Of a DNA stretch of 64,000 nt, positions 56,302-63,427 are shown in pieces (position 1 is the first letter of the stretch; every line of letters begins with the position of its first letter). Made by a program: the position numbers and the translations under genes. The notes beneath the pieces are model-generated. The model saw nothing but the letters and a program-made list of their open reading frames with translations, searched no databases and had not been told where the DNA came from. Origin of the DNA: Candidatus Polarisedimenticolia bacterium (GTDB lineage Bacteria > Acidobacteriota > Polarisedimenticolia > Gp22-AA2); the NCBI GenBank assembly GCA_036005805.1, contig DASYQE010000066.1, positions 5,502 to 69,501 on the forward strand, given 5' to 3'.

Positions 56302-57320
56302 CCGTCAAAGTTGCCGGATCGATCCTCGTCGCATGCCTCGCCTCGTGCCTGGCTCAAGGCCCCCTGCAGGCGGCCGCCGCGGCTCCACGCGGCGATGTCG
56401 TCCAGGCCCTCAGCGTTCAGCCTTCGAAGGACGGGACCACCGTCACGCTTGTGACGTCGGTTCCCGTGCCGCGGTTCACGTGCGTGATGGACAAGTCCGA
56501 TCCTCGCCAGGTGGTGATCGACTTCCCGGCCGCCATGAGCCGACTCAAGAAGCGCTACGCGCTCGGCGACCCCCTCGTGCGCGAGGCGCAGGTCGAAAAG
56601 GCGCCCGTGCCCGGTGTCGCCCTGCGCATCCGTCTCACACTCGGGGAGGGCGCCCTCGCCGCGCTGGAACTGGGCGGACAAGGGGTGAACCTCCGGTTCC
56701 TGGCAGTCGCCGCGGCGCCGATCCCGGCGGCGGCCCCGGTGGCGGCCCCGGCGCCGATCCGCGGGGGGACCGCGTCGCCGATCCCGGCGGCGGCCCCGGC
56801 GCCGATCGAGACCGCCGCCGCGTCCTCCGGGTATCTCGTCGGCGCCGGAGACAAGCTGGACATCACCGTCCTCGGCCACACCGACCTGGACCGCGTGGTG
56901 GAGGTGCGGGGAGACGGAACGATCGGCTTTCCGCTGATCGGGGACGTCCCGGTCGCAGGCCGCGGCCTGTCGCAGATCAGCGGGGAGATGACACGCGCCC
57001 TGGGAAGGGACTTCATCGTCAATCCTCAGATCAGCGTGAACATCAAGGAATACGGCAGCCAGTGGGTGACGGTCATCGGCGAGGTCAACAAGCCGGGGCG
57101 CCAGCTCCTCAGGCAGAGGATGAGCCTCATCGAGCTTTTGGCCGAGGCGGGCGGATTCACCGCGTACGCCAACCGCAAGCAGATCGAAATCCTGAGGACC
57201 GAGGGACCCGACCTGCGACGCAAGCTGGCCGTGAACCTGAGAGCCATCGAAGAGGGAAAGCAGAAGGACATCCCGCTGAAAACCGGCGATGTCGTGATCG
57301 TTCCGCGGCGCACATTTTGA
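56298..57320 (+). CDS. short Wza-type outer-membrane polysaccharide export (OPX) lipoprotein with an AMIN-like N-domain
   Basis: The lipobox is LVACLASC. The AMIN-like block is VQALSVQPSKDGTTVTLV...RQVVIDFPAA. A Pro/Ala linker follows. Poly_export/SLBB motifs are YLVGAGDKLDITVLG, GDGTIGFPLIGDVPVAG and GDVVIVPRR. GTG 56298 overlaps the upstream stop (GTGA); GTG 56292 is an alternative. Confidence 0.8.
   Translation: MTVKVAGSILVACLASCLAQGPLQAAAAAPRGDVVQALSVQPSKDGTTVTLVTSVPVPRFTCVMDKSDPRQVVIDFPAAMSRLKKRYALGDPLVREAQVEKAPVPGVALRIRLTLGEGALAALELGGQGVNLRFLAVAAAPIPAAAPVAAPAPIRGGTASPIPAAAPAPIETAAASSGYLVGAGDKLDITVLGHTDLDRVVEVRGDGTIGFPLIGDVPVAGRGLSQISGEMTRALGRDFIVNPQISVNIKEYGSQWVTVIGEVNKPGRQLLRQRMSLIELLAEAGGFTAYANRKQIEILRTEGPDLRRKLAVNLRAIEEGKQKDIPLKTGDVVIVPRRTF
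56717..56807 (+). repeat. in-frame direct repeat encoding the Pro/Ala linker of the OPX protein
   Basis: The 23-nt string GCCGATCCCGGCGGCGGCCCCGG occurs at 56717-56739 and again at 56777-56799, exactly 60 nt apart. GGCGGCCCCGGCGCCGATC recurs at 56741 and 56789. The repeats encode PIPAAAP(V/A). Confidence 0.8.
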
Positions 57321-57342
57321 CCGTGCCGGAGGTCTCCACGTG

Positions 57343-58359
57343 ATGCACGCACTGACTGCCGTCCGGCTCCCCGGCCGGCCGGACGGGTGGGATCGGAGCA
57401 TCGAGAGATACGCGACCAAGACCCTGTTCCACGAGTCCGCCTGGCTGGACTTCGTCCAGACCATCCATCCGAAGGGCCGCATCGAGTACTTCGAGCTCAA
57501 GCAGGGTGACGCGACCGCGGGATTCTTCTGCGCCGTGCGCATCAGGAAGGTCCTGTCGATCCTGGTGTACGGCAGCCCGTTGCCCGAGTCCGGCATGTCC
57601 ATGGGGCCTCTGGTCGGTGACGGAGTGGCCCAGGCCGAGGTCGTGCAGGCGCTCGTGAGAGCCTGCCGATCGAACGGGATCGCCTGCCTGGAGCTGGCGA
57701 ACGACTGGCTGGACCCGCAGTTGATGCGCCGGCTGGGATTCAGGGTCTCCCCGGGCGTCACCCATCTCTGTCCCCTGGGGCGGGACGAAGGCGCGGCCTG
57801 GGCGACCCTGAAGGGGACGTGCAGGACACGGATCCGCAAAGCGATCAAGAGCGGGCTCCAGGCGGAGCTGACCGACGACGGCGCGATCGTCGAAGACTTC
57901 CAGCGCTTCATGACCCTGGCCCTGAAGCGCAGGGGGCTGCCGCCGCCCTACGGGATCGAGCGCCCGCGGTCGTTGGTGGCCTGCCTGACTCCCGCCGACC
58001 GGCTCATCAGCGTCCGGGTGCGATTCGGGGGGCGGGTCATCGGGGCGGCCTTCTACCCCCACGACACGCGCTCGATGTACTACTGGGACGGAGCCTCGGA
58101 CCCGGCCCATCTGGAGCTCGGTCCGAACGAGCTTTTGCACTGGACCGCCATGAAGGAGGCGATCCGCCGGGGCATCCCCCTGTTCAACATCGGGGGCGGA
58201 CCGGTGCCCAGCCGGTTCACCCGGAAGTTCGGCGGCGGCGAGGTCCCCTGCCACAGCTATCGCAGGAACTTCATTCCCTTCCTCGAGACGGCTCGCCACC
58301 TGTCTCACTGGTTCGATCGCGGCAAGCCCGCCGCGGCGCCGTCCCCGGTGAACGTGTGA
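57343..58359 (+). CDS. FemAB-like GNAT-fold (aminoacyl)transferase
   Basis: It carries FHESAWLDFVQ plus a two-lobed GNAT-like pattern (GFFCAV..., LHWTAMKEAIRRGIPLFNIGG). Candidate starts are ATG 57343 or GTG 57340. Confidence 0.6.
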   Translation: MHALTAVRLPGRPDGWDRSIERYATKTLFHESAWLDFVQTIHPKGRIEYFELKQGDATAGFFCAVRIRKVLSILVYGSPLPESGMSMGPLVGDGVAQAEVVQALVRACRSNGIACLELANDWLDPQLMRRLGFRVSPGVTHLCPLGRDEGAAWATLKGTCRTRIRKAIKSGLQAELTDDGAIVEDFQRFMTLALKRRGLPPPYGIERPRSLVACLTPADRLISVRVRFGGRVIGAAFYPHDTRSMYYWDGASDPAHLELGPNELLHWTAMKEAIRRGIPLFNIGGGPVPSRFTRKFGGGEVPCHSYRRNFIPFLETARHLSHWFDRGKPAAAPSPVNV

Positions 58360-58397
58360 GCCGGGCCGGTTCCGTTGCAGCGCAGCAGGAGACCTCC

Positions 58398-59057
58398 GTG
58401 CCACCGTATTCCCTGCCCGATCTCGACTACGACTTCAGCGCGCTCGAGCCCCACATCTCCGGCACGATCATGGAGCTGCATCACGACAAGCACCATGCGG
58501 CCTACGTCAGGAACGCGAACGAGACCCTCGGCCGTCTCGACGAAGTGCGCTCCACCGAGAACCTCACCGGCCTGGCGGCGCTGGAACGGGCCCTCGCCTT
58601 CAACCTCTCCGGCCACATCCTGCATTCGATCTTCTGGAAGAACCTCGTGCCGCAAGGGGGCGACCGGCCCGGCGGGGAGCTGGCGCGAACGCTCGACCGG
58701 GATTTCGGATCGTTCGACAGGTTCAAGCGGCAGCTCACCGAGGCGGCGGCGACGATCATGGGCTCCGGCTGGGCGGCGCTCATCTGGGAGCCGGCCGGCG
58801 GGCGCCTGCTGATCACCCCGATCGACGACCATCAGTCGAACATCGTCCAGGGTGGCACACCGCTGATGGTGATCGATGCCTGGGAGCACGCCTACTACAT
58901 GCAGTACCAGAACCGGAAGACGGAGTTCTTCGAGGCGGTCTGGCGCCTGTGGAATTGGGACGACATCGCCGGCCGCTTGCAGGCGGCTCGGACGCGGGAC
59001 TCCGGCCCGGGCGGCCGTCAGGAACGGGGCACCGGGGAATCGGGGGGCTCCCGATAG
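58398..59057 (+). CDS. Fe/Mn-family superoxide dismutase
   Basis: Metal-ligand motifs are MELHHDKHHAAYV and VIDAWEHAYYMQYQN. The GTG start is preceded by AGGAGAC. It has a Gly/Arg-rich C-terminal tail. Metal specificity cannot be read from the sequence. Confidence 0.9.
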   Translation: MPPYSLPDLDYDFSALEPHISGTIMELHHDKHHAAYVRNANETLGRLDEVRSTENLTGLAALERALAFNLSGHILHSIFWKNLVPQGGDRPGGELARTLDRDFGSFDRFKRQLTEAAATIMGSGWAALIWEPAGGRLLITPIDDHQSNIVQGGTPLMVIDAWEHAYYMQYQNRKTEFFEAVWRLWNWDDIAGRLQAARTRDSGPGGRQERGTGESGGSR

Positions 59058-59166
59058 GCCGCCCCGGCCCGCTGTGCGATTTTGAGAGCGAGCAGGAGCC
59101 GAATCATCCCGATCAAGACAGGCCCACGACCTGTCTAGCATCGCAGCCACGAACGTGAGGCAAGCC

Positions 59167-59880
59167 ATGAAGCTGCAGACAGCCGCCCGCCGGATCCGGA
59201 GCAACATCGCGACCTGGGGACTCTCCCACACCATGCACGATCTGGCGCTCAGGGCGACGAACCGGGTCGTGCTGCTCAAGATTCTCAAGTGCATGGCGAT
59301 CGAGCGGATCAATCCCGTCTTCGCCGACTGCCCCGAGCCCTACCGCGCGATGTTCCTCGGCGCGCCGATGCTCCGCGAGTTCTGTCGCGATCCGGCGAAT
59401 GACCTTTCGGAAAGCTTCCTGGAAGAGGCCCTCGCCAAGGACGACGAGTGCTTCGGGATCCTCGCCGGCGACTCCCTGGCGGCCTATGGCTGGTACTCCC
59501 GCGGACCGACGCCGATCGATCCGCCGGGTCTGGTGTTCCACCCCGGCGACCGGTCGGTCTACATGTACAAGGGATTCACCCACCTCGGCCACCGGGGGCG
59601 ACGACTGCACGCCATCGGGATGACCATGGCTCTTCAACACTACTTGAACAGAGGTTTCAAGGGGCTCGTCTCCTACGTCGAGTCCAACAATTTCAGCTCG
59701 CTCAATTCGGTCCGGCGGATGGGCTACGGGATTTTCGGAACCATCTCCGTCCTGCGGCCGTTCGGCGTCATCGTCACGCACGCCAGTTCCGGCTGCCGGG
59801 CGCGCGGCGTCCGCCTCAGCCGGGCGCTGCCCGCTTCCCTGCCGCGCGTCGGAGCGCTCGCCGGGAACCCGCGTCGATGA
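59167..59880 (+). CDS. GNAT-family N-acetyltransferase-like protein
   Basis: The C-terminal half has a GNAT motif-A-like block, YMYKGFTHLGHRGRRLHAIGMTMAL, followed by VESNNFSSLNSVRRMGY. Its stop overlaps the kaiC start (ATGA, 59877-59880). I chose ATG 59167 (GTGAGG SD); the track start is 59155. Confidence 0.55.
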   Translation: MKLQTAARRIRSNIATWGLSHTMHDLALRATNRVVLLKILKCMAIERINPVFADCPEPYRAMFLGAPMLREFCRDPANDLSESFLEEALAKDDECFGILAGDSLAAYGWYSRGPTPIDPPGLVFHPGDRSVYMYKGFTHLGHRGRRLHAIGMTMALQHYLNRGFKGLVSYVESNNFSSLNSVRRMGYGIFGTISVLRPFGVIVTHASSGCRARGVRLSRALPASLPRVGALAGNPRR

Positions 59881-61517
59881 CGGCGCATCGCGCCAGGACC
59901 GCGGCGAACAACGGCGCCCTGCCGGCGCGCCGCCTGCCCAAGTGTCCGACGGGGATTCAAGGGCTCGATGAGATCACCGGCGGAGGTCTCCCCCGCGGCC
60001 GCCCCACGCTTTTGTGCGGCAACCCGGGTTGCGGGAAGACCCTGCTCGCCGTGGAATTCCTGGTGCGCGGCGCCGTGACGTTCGGCGAGCCGGGGGTGCT
60101 GATGTGCTTCGAGGAAACGGCAGCCGAGCTCGAGGCCAACGTCGCGTCGCTCGGATTCGACCTGCCCGGCCTGGTGCGGCGGAAGAAGATCGTGATCGAT
60201 CACGTCCGGGTCGAGCGCAGCGAGATCCAGGAGACCGGCGAATACGATCTGGAAGGGTTGTTCGTCCGGCTGAACCACGCCATCGACTCGATCGGCGCCA
60301 ACCGCGTCGTGCTGGACACGATCGAGGGGTTGTTCGCCGCCCTGCCCAACGAATCGATCCTGCGCGCCGAGCTGCGCCGCCTGTTCCGCTGGCTCAAGGA
60401 CAAGGGTGTGACGACCATCATCACGGCCGAGCGCGGGCGCGACCAGCTGACCCGCAAGGGTCTCGAAGAGTACGTGTCGGACTGCGTCATCCTCCTCGAC
60501 CATCGCGTTCACGAGCGGATCGCCACCCGGCACCTCCGCGTGGTGAAGTATCGCGGATCGCTGCACGGCACCAATGAGTACCCGTTCCTGATCGGGGACG
60601 ACGGGCTCAGCGTGCTCCCCATCACCTCGCTGGCCCTGGATCACCCGGTCTCGAACGAGCGGATCTCCAGCGGCATCGCGCTGCTCGATACGATGCTCGA
60701 CGGGCGCGGCTTCTATCGGGGCTCCAGCATCCTGCTCGCCGGAACGCCGGGCACCGGCAAGACCAGCGTCGCCGCCGGCTTCGTCCAGGCCGCCGCCCGG
60801 CGGGGTGATCGCGCTCTCTTTTTCGCCTTCGAGGAGTCGCCCAACCAGATCCTCCGCAACATGCGCTCGATCGGCATGAACCTCGCCCCCCCGGTCGAGA
60901 GCGGGGTGCTGCGCTTTCACGCCGCGCGTCCCACGCTCTATGGCCTGGAGATGCACCTGGCGACCATGTTCAAGGAGATCGCCGCCTTCCGGCCCGACGT
61001 CGTCGTCGTCGACCCGATCAACAGCCTGCTGGCTGCGGGCAGCGAATCGGAGACCCGGGCGATGGTGACGCGGTTGATCGACTCCTTGAAGGCCCAGCAG
61101 ATCACCTCGCTGTTCACCAGCCTGACCATCGAAGGCGGTCCGCTCCAGCAGAGCGAAATCATCATCTCCTCCCTGATGGATACCTGGCTGCTGCTGCAGA
61201 ACATCGAGGGGGACGGCGAGCGGAATCGCGGTCTCTACGTCCTCAAGTCGCGTGGCATGGCGCACTCGAACCAGATCCGCGAGTTCCTGATCTCCTCCCG
61301 GGGCATCGACCTGGTGGATGCGTACGTCGCTCCGGGCGGGATGCTGGTCGGCGCGGCCCGCGCCGCGCAGACCGCCCGGGAGAAAGCCGCCGCCGAGCGC
61401 AAGCACAGTGCCGTCGAGCGGCAGATCGCGACCCTGCTCGCCGACTATGAGGCCGAGGAGCAGGAGGCCGCTTCCGTTCACGGCAATGGAAGCAGGGAGA
61501 GGCGACGAAGGCCATGA
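59877..61517 (+). CDS. kaiC: KaiC (double RecA/DnaB-like ATPase), long-tailed non-cyanobacterial type
   Basis: The CI half has [16 protein letters not shown], Walker A GNPGCGKT and the catalytic EE in CFEETA. The CII half has Walker A GTPGTGKT and the EE in FAFEES. The phosphosite region [13 protein letters not shown] and the block [17 protein letters not shown] are present. It is 546 aa long. Confidence 0.9.
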   Translation: MTAHRARTAANNGALPARRLPKCPTGIQGLDEITGGGLPRGRPTLLCGNPGCGKTLLAVEFLVRGAVTFGEPGVLMCFEETAAELEANVASLGFDLPGLVRRKKIVIDHVRVERSEIQETGEYDLEGLFVRLNHAIDSIGANRVVLDTIEGLFAALPNESILRAELRRLFRWLKDKGVTTIITAERGRDQLTRKGLEEYVSDCVILLDHRVHERIATRHLRVVKYRGSLHGTNEYPFLIGDDGLSVLPITSLALDHPVSNERISSGIALLDTMLDGRGFYRGSSILLAGTPGTGKTSVAAGFVQAAARRGDRALFFAFEESPNQILRNMRSIGMNLAPPVESGVLRFHAARPTLYGLEMHLATMFKEIAAFRPDVVVVDPINSLLAAGSESETRAMVTRLIDSLKAQQITSLFTSLTIEGGPLQQSEIIISSLMDTWLLLQNIEGDGERNRGLYVLKSRGMAHSNQIREFLISSRGIDLVDAYVAPGGMLVGAARAAQTAREKAAAERKHSAVERQIATLLADYEAEEQEAASVHGNGSRERRRRP

Positions 61518-61858
61518 CCGTGATGAAGCCGGCGAAGGCGGAACGACGCGCATCGGCCCCGGGTCGCTCGAAATCCGCGTTCTGGGAGCTGCGACTCTAC
61601 GTGGCGGGCCAGACGCCACGATCGCTGACGGCCTTCGCGAACCTCACGCAGATCTGCGAAGACCACCTCAAGGGCCGCTACCGCATCCAGGTGGTCGACC
61701 TCGTCGTGCGGCCGAAGCTCTCCCGGGGCGACCAGATCCTGGCCATCCCGACGCTGGTCCGCCGGCTCCCGGAGCCGGTCCGCAAGATCATCGGCGACCT
61801 GTCGGATACCGAACGCGTGCTCGTCGGACTGGACCTGCGTCCGCCGCCGGCCGCGTGA
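61514..61858 (+). CDS. kaiB: KaiB, copy 1
   Basis: It carries [12 protein letters not shown]...[34 protein letters not shown], a near-canonical KaiB core. It overlaps the kaiC stop by ATGA. It has a basic N-terminal extension of about 25 aa. Confidence 0.9.
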   Translation: MTVMKPAKAERRASAPGRSKSAFWELRLYVAGQTPRSLTAFANLTQICEDHLKGRYRIQVVDLVVRPKLSRGDQILAIPTLVRRLPEPVRKIIGDLSDTERVLVGLDLRPPPAA

Positions 61859-61871
61859 GGGTGGGTGACGA

Positions 61872-62228
61872 ATGATGCGGCGCCCATCCAAGTTGAGCCC
61901 CACCAGGTCGTTCGAGCGGACCCTGGCCGCCAGGTCCCCGGGGAAGTACGTCCTCCGGCTGTACGTGGCCGGAGCGACCGAGCGATCGCGCCGGGCCCTC
62001 GCCCGCGCCCGCCACCTGTGCGACGTGGAGCTGAAGGGCCGGTGCGACCTGGAAGTGATCGACGTCTATCAGCAGCCGATCCTGGCCCTCGACGGCCGGA
62101 TCGTCGCGACTCCCACCCTGGTGAAGGAATTCCCGCTGCCGGTTCGCCGGTTCATCGGTGCCCTGGACGACACGGCCCGCATCGTGGTCGGGCTGGACCT
62201 CAAGAGCCGCCCCGTCGTCCGGCCGTGA
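61872..62228 (+). CDS. kaiB: KaiB, copy 2 (divergent paralog)
   Basis: It carries LRLYVAGATERS...IVATPTLVKEFPLPVRRFIGALDDTARIVVGLDL and a basic N-terminal extension of about 27 aa. Confidence 0.85.
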   Translation: MMRRPSKLSPTRSFERTLAARSPGKYVLRLYVAGATERSRRALARARHLCDVELKGRCDLEVIDVYQQPILALDGRIVATPTLVKEFPLPVRRFIGALDDTARIVVGLDLKSRPVVRP

Positions 62229-63427
62229 GCACCGCCCCGCTCCGGCGACCCGAACCTTCCGACCTGATCACCGAGCTGCGCGCCCGCCTGGAGGAGTCCG
62301 AGGCGACCCTCGATGCCATTCGCCACGGCGGCGTGGATGCGCTCGTCGTCGCCGGACGGAGCGGTCCGCGGGTCTTCACCCTCGAGGGAGCCGAGCATTC
62401 GTACCGGGTGCTCATCGAATCGATGAACGAAGGGGCGCTGATGCTCAACGCCGGCGCCCTGATCCTCTATGCCAACCGGCGCTTCTCCACGATGGTCGGC
62501 CATCCGCTGTCGAGGGTGCTGGGCGGTTCCTTCCACCAGTTCCTTTCGGAGGCCGACCGCGCGACGCTGACACGACTCCTGCATCGTGTCGCCAGGCCCG
62601 TCTCGACGATCCAGGTCCTCCTGCATGCCGCGGACGAGGCGCGCGTCCCGGCGCAGGTCTCCATTCACCGGCTGGCCGGGCGCCGCTCGGGCGGCGCCGC
62701 CTTCAGCATGGTGGTGACCGACATGACCGAGGCGCGGCGCAACGAAAAAACGCTCCGCCGTCTGACCCACAGCCTGTTCCAGTCGCAGGAATCCGACCGC
62801 GGCCGTCTCGCGCTCGAGCTGCACGATCGTGCGGCCCAGGGTCTCGGCGCCCTCCTCATCCGGCTGCGCCTGGTGTCGCAGGCCCTCCCCGCCAGCGCGA
62901 CCGCGCTGCGCGGCGAGCTGGCCGCGATCGGCGGACTTTTGGGCGGCACGGCCGACATCGTCGAGAGCATTTCGAAGAACCTGCGTCCCAGCGTCCTGGG
63001 AATCCTGGGCCTGGTCCCCGCGCTGCGCGCCGCGTCCGCCGGATTCGCGAGACGGACCGGCATCGCCGCGACGCTTGTCTGCACCCGCGCCCCCACGGGA
63101 CTGTCCGCCGAAGCCGAGCTGGTGCTCTACCGGATTCTCGAAGAGGCCCTGCGGAACGTGAAGCAGCACGCCGGGGCGAACAACGTGGTCGTGCGCCTCG
63201 GGCGCCAGGGCGGGGTGGTCGCGTTGTCGATCCGGGACGACGGCGTCGGCTTCAACTCGGAGCTCGACCCGCCGGCGGGGGACGGCGTCGGTCTCGTCGG
63301 CCTGCGCGAGCGGATCGCCTGCGTGGGCGGCACGCTGCGGATCAAGTCCCTCCGCGGCGCCGGGACCGAGGTAGCAGCCCGCATCCCGCTGGCGCCGGTC
63401 GCACCCCGCAGACCCCGAAGGCGCTGA
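62225..63427 (+). CDS. PAS-domain HisKA_3/HATPase sensor histidine kinase (putative Kai output kinase)
   Basis: The GTG start overlaps the kaiB-2 stop (GTGA). The PAS block is IESMNEGALMLNAGALILYANRRFSTMVG. The H-box is LALELHDRAAQGL. The N and G boxes are EEALRNVKQHA and GVGLVGLRERI. There is no receiver domain and no KaiB-like domain. Confidence 0.85.
   Translation: MSTAPLRRPEPSDLITELRARLEESEATLDAIRHGGVDALVVAGRSGPRVFTLEGAEHSYRVLIESMNEGALMLNAGALILYANRRFSTMVGHPLSRVLGGSFHQFLSEADRATLTRLLHRVARPVSTIQVLLHAADEARVPAQVSIHRLAGRRSGGAAFSMVVTDMTEARRNEKTLRRLTHSLFQSQESDRGRLALELHDRAAQGLGALLIRLRLVSQALPASATALRGELAAIGGLLGGTADIVESISKNLRPSVLGILGLVPALRAASAGFARRTGIAATLVCTRAPTGLSAEAELVLYRILEEALRNVKQHAGANNVVVRLGRQGGVVALSIRDDGVGFNSELDPPAGDGVGLVGLRERIACVGGTLRIKSLRGAGTEVAARIPLAPVAPRRPRRR

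Noticed and set aside
59116-59136. A hairpin (AGACAGG/CCTGTCT) between sod and the GNAT gene as a terminator.
   Set aside because: It has only a 7-bp stem and no U-tract, which is insufficient to claim that sod is transcriptionally insulated from the GNAT-kai operon.
58398-63427. A KaiA, or a SasA-type (KaiB-like N-domain) kinase, near the kai genes.
   Set aside because: No ORF here has a pseudo-receiver plus KaiA C-domain pattern. The downstream kinase begins with a PAS-like region, not a thioredoxin or KaiB-like fold. This absence holds only for this window.
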